Assembly: GCF_900232105.1 (NCBI RefSeq)
Contig: NZ_LT934425.1
Location: 3,330,001-3,362,000 of the forward strand
Direction: 5' to 3'
Source: Candidatus Kuenenia stuttgartensis
GTDB taxonomy: Bacteria > Planctomycetota > Brocadiia > Brocadiales > Brocadiaceae
Length of the DNA stretch: 32,000 nt
Shown: positions 9,256 through 16,681 of the stretch, piece after piece
How the letters are laid out: each line of letters begins with the position of its first letter
How positions within the stretch are numbered: the first letter of the stretch is position 1
Made by a program: the position numbers and the translations under genes
Notes under the pieces: generated by a model
Seen by the model: only the letters and a program-made list of their open reading frames with translations
Databases searched by the model: none
What the model was told of the DNA's origin: nothing

Positions 9256-10363
9256 CCGTGAGCATACCCACGACCTCTGGATTGGCGACTTCCAGGAAGG
9301 CCCTTTCGTGCTCGTTGACGGCGAGGCGCTTCCCACAAACCTCTGTCTCTTTATCGACTGCTACAGCCGTTATGTGGTCGAAGGACGGTATTATCTCAAA
9401 CAAACCCTCGATATCCTTATCGATTCTCTCATCAGGGCCTGGACTATCCACGGCTCGCCCAAAGAACTCTACCTCGACAATGCCAAGGTCTACCACTCTG
9501 ACGCCCTGCGCTCTGCCTGTTACAACCTCGGCATTAAACTCATCCACAGACCACCACGCGACCCTGCTCCCGGCGGACTGGTCGAACGTTTCTTCGGCAC
9601 CAGCCAGACACAGTTCGAGTCGGAAGTCCGCTCCGGCGACATTATCACCCTTGATGCCATTAACCAGGCCTTCTCCGCTTACCTTGCCGTTGTCTATCAC
9701 GCAAGAATCCACTCCGAAACCAATCAATCTCCAAAACAACGCTACGACGAGGGGCTTACCGTCATCCGACACGTCGATATGGACGCCGCTCTTGCCTTCT
9801 TCATGAAACGCATCCCCAGAACCGTTGACAGAACCTTTGCCGATGTCCGCATTGATAACCGCTTTTACCGTGTTGACCCCAAACTCAGAGGCGATAAAGT
9901 AGAAGTCCGTTACGACCCATACGGCGATCTCAAAAAGGTCTTGATCTATTCCGCAAACGGTGAATACCTCGGCTCGGGAAATCTCTACCTGCGCGACCAG
10001 GGCGCTGAAACTCCAGCCGCCTCACCTTCAAAACCAAAACATAATTACCTCGACCTTATCACTCAGAAACACAAATCCATTCTCCAGGCTCAGGCCAAAG
10101 GCATTGATTACCACCAAATCATCTCCGAACGACCCTGGCCATTCATGGCATTCGTCCAGAAACTCGCACTCCTCATGGGACACAAAGGCTCTCTCTCCGC
10201 CTTCAGCTCTCATGAACTCGAATCGCTTAAAAAATGCTACAACCGTATCCCCGCTCTCAACGAATCATTGCTCACGGAGGCATTCCAAAATGCCTCCGTG
10301 AAAACCTTACCCTATATCATTCGTGAATTACAAATCGCTTACTCGAAAAAGGAGGTCTCTTAA
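8999..10363 (+). CDS. Transposase catalytic segment (rve DDE core plus Mu-transposase C-terminal domain); meaningful sequence starts at about 9240 in the +1 frame relative to 8803-9255
   Basis: DLWIGDF (D), LYLDNAKVYHS (D) and GGLVERFF (E), then ...IHSETNQSPKQRY and RIDNRFYRVD...VEVRYDP. The first ~80 codons of the listed ORF are low-complexity overlap with the HTH frame. Confidence 0.8.
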   Translation: MDFNLLQERRGATVAHPEGFLLKLSTKPLNSKKNNHAAATIASTAFLRNTMGKRSPNPPSTAISDSQGRPGSNSASHSKRCVYALSREHTHDLWIGDFQEGPFVLVDGEALPTNLCLFIDCYSRYVVEGRYYLKQTLDILIDSLIRAWTIHGSPKELYLDNAKVYHSDALRSACYNLGIKLIHRPPRDPAPGGLVERFFGTSQTQFESEVRSGDIITLDAINQAFSAYLAVVYHARIHSETNQSPKQRYDEGLTVIRHVDMDAALAFFMKRIPRTVDRTFADVRIDNRFYRVDPKLRGDKVEVRYDPYGDLKKVLIYSANGEYLGSGNLYLRDQGAETPAASPSKPKHNYLDLITQKHKSILQAQAKGIDYHQIISERPWPFMAFVQKLALLMGHKGSLSAFSSHELESLKKCYNRIPALNESLLTEAFQNASVKTLPYIIRELQIAYSKKEVS

Positions 10364-10365
10364 CC

Positions 10366-11157
10366 ATGTTTACTTCTCATTTTTCCATGACTACTCAGCC
10401 GTTCTCTGAAAGAATCAACACCAGCCTTATCATGAAAGACGAACGCTTTACCCAGGGGCTTGCACGACTCCAATACCTCTTACACTCAGGCTCTATCGCC
10501 GTCCTCTACGGACAGACGGGAGTCGGAAAATCCACACTCCTCAAACTCTTCCTCTCACAAATCCCCCAAAACCTGTTTCTCCCCATCTACCTCCATTTTA
10601 CCCACCTAAAATCATCCAGCCTTCTCTCCTTAATCGTCTCCCAGCTCGGTGAAATACCAAAACACACCAAAGACCGGCTCTTCCTCCAAATTATGGATAA
10701 ATCCTTGCGCTCAAATCTCACTCCCATTATCGTTATCGACGAGGCTCATCTCCTGAAAACCGACGCCATCACAGACCTCAGACTCCTTGTCAGCTCTCCG
10801 CTTGATTCTTCCACTCATCTCAAAATCATCCTCTCGGGACAGGAACACCTCAAATATATCCTCAAAAGAGACATCCATGCCGACTTCGCACAACGCATCT
10901 CGGTACATTACCACATTCATCCCCTTACTAAAACTCAAACCGCTGCATACATAGACTTCCATCTGAAATCTTCCGGCGCATCCGATAAAATCTTTGACTC
11001 AGACGTCAAAGACCTGATCCATGAGTTCTCCGCCGGCATCCCAAGGCAAATCAACGCCATTTCCACCGCCTGCCTGATTAACGCTTCCATCAGACAATCA
11101 CAGAAAATTACCCAGGATATCTTCCATCAGGCTCTTGCTGAAATTCAATCTTTTTAA
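10366..11157 (+). CDS. AAA+ ATPase, TniB/TnsC/MuB-like (ExeA-type) transposition regulator (263 aa)
   Basis: Walker A GQTGVGKST and Walker B IVIDEAH. Starts 2 nt after the transposase stop. Confidence 0.8.
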   Translation: MFTSHFSMTTQPFSERINTSLIMKDERFTQGLARLQYLLHSGSIAVLYGQTGVGKSTLLKLFLSQIPQNLFLPIYLHFTHLKSSSLLSLIVSQLGEIPKHTKDRLFLQIMDKSLRSNLTPIIVIDEAHLLKTDAITDLRLLVSSPLDSSTHLKIILSGQEHLKYILKRDIHADFAQRISVHYHIHPLTKTQTAAYIDFHLKSSGASDKIFDSDVKDLIHEFSAGIPRQINAISTACLINASIRQSQKITQDIFHQALAEIQSF

Positions 11158-11168
11158 GGAGGTCTACC

Positions 11169-11471
11169 ATGGCCCGTCTCTTTTCCCCTCAACTCTTGCG
11201 CTCATTACGAAACGATATCCCCATCGATCGACTCATCGCTGATGTCCTCTCCATACCTCATAAATACTCCGAAGGCTATTTCCGCTTCCTCTGCCCTCTC
11301 TGTTCTGAATTTAATTCCGCCACCAACCCAAATACGAACCTCGCCAGGTGTTTCCGTTGTAAAAAAAACTTTAATACCATCGACATCGTCATGGTAGATT
11401 CCAACTCCTCTTTCCCAGATGCTGTCTATCTGCTAAAATCCGTTTTACCTCAATATATTAATTCCACTTAA
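11169..11471 (+). CDS. Small zinc-finger protein (100 aa) with CHC2/primase-like cysteine spacing; possible target selector
   Basis: CPLCSEFNSATNPNTNLARCFRCKKNFNTIDIV has a C-x2-C ... C-x2-C layout. RBS aaggaggtctaccATG. Last gene; its stop is 38 nt from the element end. Confidence 0.6.
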   Translation: MARLFSPQLLRSLRNDIPIDRLIADVLSIPHKYSEGYFRFLCPLCSEFNSATNPNTNLARCFRCKKNFNTIDIVMVDSNSSFPDAVYLLKSVLPQYINST

Positions 11472-11509
11472 TCTGAGAATTCCAGGTTCATTTATTGTGG
11501 GGCTTAGCA

Positions 11510-12149
11510 ATGATGCCTCCTTTAATGCTTCCTCATCTCTCTCTATCTTTAGCGTCCTATCCTCTTCTTTTATCTGCACCCACCCATCAAGTTTCAATCT
11601 CGTTAGCCTTTCCCTTGTTGTTTCCAGGGCCTTCGATACTGACGACTTAGGATGTTCCTTCAGATAACTGTTCTTCTTCACGATGTATTTCTCTATACTC
11701 TGTAATTTTGATACACGGGTCTTTGACATCTCTTCCGCCCTTACCGGATTGCGCCTCAGAATATATCGAACCTCATCATCCTTTATCTCGCAGAGCTTTT
11801 CTTCGAACAATCCTAATTGCAGTATCCCTTTATTTATCAACGACTCTATCTGCGGCTTAGTTATCGCCGTTATGTAATGAAACCCTTCCGGTAAACTTTC
11901 GATTTGCACCGTCTTGATCATCCCACGATCTCCTACAATCGTTACATCTTTGCATCCAAACCGCTCTAATACCTTCTTTACCTGAGATTCAAAGGTCTTC
12001 GGATCCTGGGTGTTGCCCCTAAATACTTCTGTTGATACCGGCTCCCCGGATTCATCACAAAGCATACCGATCACTATCTGTTTTTTCCTCTTTTTGCCGT
12101 CACGATTATACCCGTACTCACCAAAATGATTCGACTTCCCCTCTAAATA
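11510..12149 (-). pseudogene. IS1634 no. 1 transposase, middle fragment
   Basis: YLEGKSNHFGEYGYNRDGKKRKKQIVIGMLCDESGEPVSTEVFRGNTQD...VGDRGMI...EALKEAS. Confidence 0.8.
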
Positions 12150-12161
12150 TAGTCAAACAAA

Positions 12162-12702
12162 TCAGGTTTTCGAAATTTGCTCGCCAATAATTTGAAAATT
12201 TTCAGTTAAAAGAGTAGACAATTCATCTGTATACTCGTTAATATTTTTGAAAAAACTTAAACATTTGTTTTTAAACTTCTCATAAGTATCATAATACTTG
12301 TTATACAATATTTTTTTGCGAAAGAATTTCCATAATCTTTCAATGAGATTTAAATTGGGTGAATAGGAAGGGAGAAATTTGATCTTTATTCTCGAATTTG
12401 CAAGGTATTCTTTGACCAACTTAGACCTGTAATATTTAGCATTATCAGAGATTATGTAAATAGTACCGGCTTGAGCATACCTTGACTCTATTTCATGGAA
12501 AAGCTTTATTGTTGATTGAGCATTGATGCTTTCATCTTCCCGGATTGTTACTTCAAAGGTTTCTATGTCAATAGCACCGTTTAAATTTATTCTTTTCCTG
12601 CCGGTATTAGAGGGTATTTCCTTCTTTTTGCCTTTCTCTATCCAGCAATATGCAGACGTAGAATTGTGCTGTGGATGAACTCCATCCATAAAAAGTATCT
12701 TA
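12162..12702 (-). pseudogene. IS630 copy 1 transposase, C-terminal half
   Basis: KILFMDGVHPQHNSTS... is identical to residues 168-345 of the intact copy except the last residue (T versus I). Confidence 0.85.
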
Positions 12703-12812
12703 TAGCCAAACAAATATGATTTTAGAGATTTGGCGATAAAATGGCTTTCTAAAAAACAGATTTATTTGACTAGGCATATTATCAAACACACCCCTAAATC
12801 CCCTCTTGATAG

Positions 12813-15113
12813 CTGGGGATGACCCATATTTTTTGCTGGACACCGTGTTAACCGTATGTTACACTGTGTACATGCTTAGAGTAGGAGGTCGAATATTTTC
12901 AGATGATGTAATAAAGCGTTTATCAGAAACTATCCAAAAGGAACCGTGCCTATCGCGTCGTAAACTGTCGCGTCTGGTATGCGAATGGATGGACTGGCGG
13001 AATCAAGCGGGCCGTTTGCAAGAGATGAGTTGTCGCAAGGCGTTGTTGGAATTGGATCGTCGTAAAGAGATCAATCTTCCAAAGGTGAACAGGCATTATG
13101 CATTTCAAAAAGTCAATAAACCTGCGGAGGCGCCTCCGATTGCGGAAGTGTCATGCGAGCTAGCGGAGTTGGGTGACGTAGAGATTATACGGGTTACAAC
13201 GAGATTCCATTCGAAACTTTGGCGTAGCATGTTAGAAGCGCATCATTATCTTGGAAGTGGGCCCCTATGCGGGGCGCAACTTCGGTATCTTGTACGCAGT
13301 GAATATTACGGATGGATAGGAGGGCTAAGTTATAGTGCCTGTGCCAGACGGGTGGAAAGTCGCGACGAGTGGATAGGATGGACGGAGGAAGCACGTAAGC
13401 GGAATCATACGTTTGTTATCAATAACAGTCGGTATTTAATAGCGCCTACGGTAAGAGTAAAATGTTTGGCATCGCATGTATTGGCAAAATGCCAAACACG
13501 TTTGGTAGATGATTGGGAAAGAGTGTATAAATATCGTCCTGTACTTTTAGAAACCTATGTGGAACGAGGACGGTTTTCCGGAAGCTGTTATCGGGCAGCT
13601 AACTGGAAGTATGTAGGAGGCACGGAAGGTCGAGGACGAAAAGGAACAGGTGCAACGGTCAAAGACGTTTATGTTATGCCGTTGCAAAAGAAATGGCAGG
13701 CGGTGTTGTGTTGTTGTGCCGATGGCAAAGTACATGTTCGCCAAAGAGTGGCACAAAAAGAGCCTCGGGATTGGATAGAAGCGGAACTTGGAGGAACAAA
13801 ATTGGGCGATGCACGATTGACCTCAAGACTTTTAGAAATGACAGGTATGTTTTATGACAAACCTTTGGCAAACATTCCGCAGGCGTGCGGCTCAGTCAGT
13901 GCGACTAAGGCTGCATACCGATTCCTTGACAATGAGAATGTAGATTGGAAGGCGATATTGCAAGCTCATTATGAGGCCACGGAAGAGCGTGTGAAGGAGA
14001 ATAGTTTGGTTTTGGTAGCGCAAGATACTACGACTCTGAATTATAGCACACATCCGAATACGCAGGGGTTAGGGCCGATAGGTACTAAGAGTAAAAAAGT
14101 TCGTGGACTGATGGTGCATGATACGATGGCGTTTACTGAAAGTGGCACACCCTTGGGACTTCTGAATGTGCAATGCTGGGCGCGGGACGGAATAGGCAGC
14201 AAACATAAACGACACAAGAAGCCTATCGAAGAGAAGGAAAGCTGGAAATGGGTGGAGAGTTACCATGCAGTATCGCAAGTACAGAAACGCTGTCGAAACA
14301 AATCTTTGCTGGTGGTTGTGGCAGATCGTGAGGCCGATATTCACGAGGTATTCGCTGAGCAGTATAATACGCCTGATGGCGCTCAGTTGCTGATCCGTGC
14401 AGAACGTTCGCGCAATAGAAAGGTTGTTGATGATAAAGAATCATGCGAGTTTTTGTGGACTAAACTGGAACAGCAACCGGCGATGCCTGTTACGCTACGC
14501 CCACCTATGCTAAAAAAGAATATGCCTGCGGTCAGGGTGTGGGCGGTGCTGGCGCAGGAAGTCAATCCGCCTATCGGAATTGATGGGTTAGAATGGATGC
14601 TGTTAACCACAGTTGCGGTTAAGCAAGAAAAAGATGCTTACGAACGTTTGGAATGGTATGCTCGCCGATGGGGTATTGAGTGTTATCATCGTATTATCAA
14701 GAGCGGTTGTCGTGTCGAGGCCCGGCAGTTGGAGAGTGCTCGTCGTCTATGCAACGCTTTGGCCATTGATATGATTATAGCTTGGCGTATCCATTACCTG
14801 ACTACTTTAGGACAAGAAACACCTGATGTCCCTTGTACTGTCTACTTCAGCGATTCTGAATGGAAAGCATTGACAACTTTTGCGAACAAGGTCAAGGAGC
14901 CTCCTGATTTACCTCCAAGCCTCAATGATGCCGTGCGGCTTTTAGGTAAACTTGGCGGTCATCTGGGTCGCCGTGGTGATGGCCATCCCGGAAGTGAAGT
15001 ACTTTGGCGAGGCATGTCACGTTTGGCTGATATTGAAGTTGCTTACGAACTTTACACCACTTAGCCTTCAGCTCAATTGGCCGTACAACTACGGTGCTCT
15101 TGAAATTTGTGGG
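12813..15113 (+). mobile_element. IS4/Tn5-like insertion sequence (2301 bp) with 8-bp duplication CTTGATAG
   Basis: CTTGATAG at 12805-12812 and 15114-15121. Weak IR CTGGGGATGACCCATATTT versus CTAATCTTTACCCACAAATTT. Confidence 0.7.
12872..15064 (+). CDS. Fusion protein: N-terminal DUF4338 (DruA-type) domain plus Tn5/IS4-type DDE transposase (730 aa from ATG 12872)
   Basis: N-terminal part: HHYLG, LRYLV, INNSRYLI, LLETYVERGRFSGSCYRAANWKYVGGTEGRGRKG. C-terminal part: LGDARLTSRL, AYRFLDN, LVAQDTTTLNY, VADREADI, YARRWGIECYHR, VLWRGMSRLADIE. The track ORF start (12806) lies outside the IS end, so ATG 12872 is preferred. Confidence 0.75.
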   Translation: MLRVGGRIFSDDVIKRLSETIQKEPCLSRRKLSRLVCEWMDWRNQAGRLQEMSCRKALLELDRRKEINLPKVNRHYAFQKVNKPAEAPPIAEVSCELAELGDVEIIRVTTRFHSKLWRSMLEAHHYLGSGPLCGAQLRYLVRSEYYGWIGGLSYSACARRVESRDEWIGWTEEARKRNHTFVINNSRYLIAPTVRVKCLASHVLAKCQTRLVDDWERVYKYRPVLLETYVERGRFSGSCYRAANWKYVGGTEGRGRKGTGATVKDVYVMPLQKKWQAVLCCCADGKVHVRQRVAQKEPRDWIEAELGGTKLGDARLTSRLLEMTGMFYDKPLANIPQACGSVSATKAAYRFLDNENVDWKAILQAHYEATEERVKENSLVLVAQDTTTLNYSTHPNTQGLGPIGTKSKKVRGLMVHDTMAFTESGTPLGLLNVQCWARDGIGSKHKRHKKPIEEKESWKWVESYHAVSQVQKRCRNKSLLVVVADREADIHEVFAEQYNTPDGAQLLIRAERSRNRKVVDDKESCEFLWTKLEQQPAMPVTLRPPMLKKNMPAVRVWAVLAQEVNPPIGIDGLEWMLLTTVAVKQEKDAYERLEWYARRWGIECYHRIIKSGCRVEARQLESARRLCNALAIDMIIAWRIHYLTTLGQETPDVPCTVYFSDSEWKALTTFANKVKEPPDLPPSLNDAVRLLGKLGGHLGRRGDGHPGSEVLWRGMSRLADIEVAYELYTT

Positions 15114-15210
15114 TAAAGATTAGCTTGATAGAGGGGACTTCTTATCTCCCCCCTAAAAAGAGGGGCCGGGGGTGTGTAAATTTTTCGAAAACCTTATTTG
15201 TTTGACTATA

Positions 15211-15707
15211 TCTCCAGGGGCTTTCTCTTCTTTGAGTTGTTTGTAGTTTTCGATAAATTCTTTTTGTTTTTCAGGGTTTGCTTTGCCTGGAACTATTGTG
15301 GTTTTCTTGTAAGTAAAGCCTAATCTATCGAGGGTATGTACCATTCCTTCGGGTGTATAGGTCTTATTGAATGTCTGTTTTACATATTCAACAATTTCTT
15401 TTGCCGCGCTATAGTTGTTTTTCCTGATATGATCTTTTAATTGTTCTTCTTGTTCGCAAGTGAGTTTTGGCATACAGCCAACATAATTGTCAGATAAAAG
15501 CCCGTCGAAACCTTTATCTTTGTATAGTTTTTCGTAATTCCTGATTGTTTGATCGTCTAACAAGAGCGCTTCTGCTACTTCTTCATAACTCCATCCTGAA
15601 TCAAGAAGAAGTATAGCTTTGATTCGGTCGGCATGACGTCTATGAGGCTCTTTCTTATGTGCTTTTTTAAATTCTATTCGGGTTTTTTCACTGAGAAATG
15701 GATTCAT
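15211..15707 (-). pseudogene. IS630 copy 1 transposase, N-terminal half
   Basis: MNPFLSEKTRIEFKKAHKKEPHRRHADRIKAILLLDSGWSYEEV... matches the intact copy up to ...EEKAPGD. Confidence 0.85.
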
Positions 15708-15783
15708 GCAGAATTTAATACTCTAGAAACAATTCAAATGCAAGAAAAAAACAGGTTCTTCTAAAAATAAATGCTTTTTGCTA

Positions 15784-16364
15784 TAACTGCTCGTCACGTC
15801 ATACAAAAACAACTTCGGCTTATTGCCTCCTCGTCTTAACTCAAACAGCTTTCGCTCTATCTTTGCCTGATTCTCTGACAACCATGACAAATTATCGTAC
15901 AGATTGTTCTCGTCAAACCCACGCTTCATATCCAGGACGTCACCCGCAGCATGTATCTGCGCCAGCCTTACTGCAGACAGTCTTGACCCCTGGCCTATTA
16001 CCCTTGCCATTACTTGCCAAAGCGCCAGCTTTCCTTCAAAGTCCTTTCCCAATGCCTCTTCTATCCCTAATTCCTTTGCCACTTGGTACACGCTCCACGC
16101 TGCTCCCACAGACAAACCCTCATGGAGTTTCACCGATTCTGACAATGCGCCCAATGCACAGAGATCGTCTTTATGTGCGAGTGCAAGTCTTATCGCTTCA
16201 ATCTCCAGGGGAGTGCAATTCGACAGATTCGCAATGGTGCGTTTCTTGACCTTCCCATCCTCACGGTACGATTCCCGCAGAAGGGTAGATCGATAGATTT
16301 TTTTACCGGATTTTGACTTGTTCTCTACAATATGCATGTCCACCATTGTACAGATAACAACCAT
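15784..16364 (-). pseudogene. IS1634 no. 1 transposase, N-terminal fragment
   Basis: ...MHIVENKSKSGKKIYRSTLLRESYREDGKVKKRTIANLSN...KLFLYDVTSSY, broken at the IS630 TA insertion site. Confidence 0.8.
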
Positions 16365-16681
16365 TATCCGTCAAGTATATTGTCGTATAATAACAATATA
16401 TTAGTGACTACATATTTATTAAAAATACAGCCTTAACAAACTATGTATTAAGCACTTATGCGTTTTGGCAGGGGTGAACATCCGCTATAAGGCCGCAGGA
16501 TGGATTTTTTTAGGACATTCAACCGGTTTTGCCAGATCATCACAAGGCTATCTTCTGCACAATAAGCCAAAGATGGTCTTTGTTCGCTCATTGAATGCAC
16601 AAGTCCAAAAACAACTTAACAACCTTAATCTTACCATACAATTAAGAAAGGAGACAAAGCCTATGAAATTATCTTTAAAAG

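Larger units (their letters stand above)
7718..11509 (+). mobile_element. Copy B (complete) of the Mu/Tn552-like four-gene transposon
   Basis: Direct repeat ATGATGC at 7713-7719 and 11510-11516. Ends are TGCTACG...CTTAGCA if the duplication is 7 bp (element 7720-11509), or GCTGCTACG... if it is 5 bp. Imperfect IR TGCTA(C/A)G.C..A.AATAAATG..CC. Removing it restores the IS1634 ORF. Confidence 0.85.
12703..15208. mobile_element. IS630-derived MITE (197 bp of its own sequence) that itself carries the IS4/Tn5-like element; TA duplication
   Basis: Termini TAGCCAAACAAAT... and ...ATTTGTTTGACTA both resemble the IS630 left IR. Flanking TA at 12701-12702 and 15209-15210. Confidence 0.65.
12150..15783 (-). 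mobile_element. IS630-family element copy 1 (1126 bp of its own sequence) interrupted by a 2506-bp insertion; TA target duplication
   Basis: Ends TAGTCAAACAAATCAGG... and ...ATGCTTTTTGCTA, flanked by TA (12148-12149, 15784-15785). Collinear with intact copy 27973-29098. Confidence 0.85.
7199..16484 (-). mobile_element. IS1634-family element no. 1, carrying two independent insertions; ~1.85 kb once they are removed
   Basis: 14-bp perfect terminal IR CGGATGTTCACCCC at 7199-7212 and inverted at 16471-16484. The three transposase fragments rejoin in frame to 1683 nt. Confidence 0.75.

Noticed and set aside
9212-9772. 186-aa ORF antisense to the transposase (also 105-665 in copy A) and the 182-aa same-strand alternative-frame ORFs (9258-9806, 71-619)
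   Set aside because: They overlap the DDE core frame, which has clear catalytic motifs. Their translations are low complexity (S/T/P/L rich).
7718-11509. Possible CRISPR-associated (CAST) or Tn7-like transposon, given TnsB-like, TnsC-like and small zinc-finger (TniQ-like) genes
   Set aside because: No cas genes, no CRISPR repeats and no TnsA-like endonuclease occur in or next to either copy. The element is only 3.8 kb and fully accounted for by four ORFs.
12806-12871. Track start (12806) for the DUF4338-transposase ORF
   Set aside because: That start lies outside the IS boundary (12813), within the duplicated target, and uses a non-ATG codon. ATG 12872 is preferred.
12872-13700. DUF4338/DruA-like domain as evidence for a Druantia defence system
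   Set aside because: No large neighbouring Druantia genes (DruB-E, helicase) are present. The domain is fused to a Tn5-type transposase inside an IS with its own target duplication.
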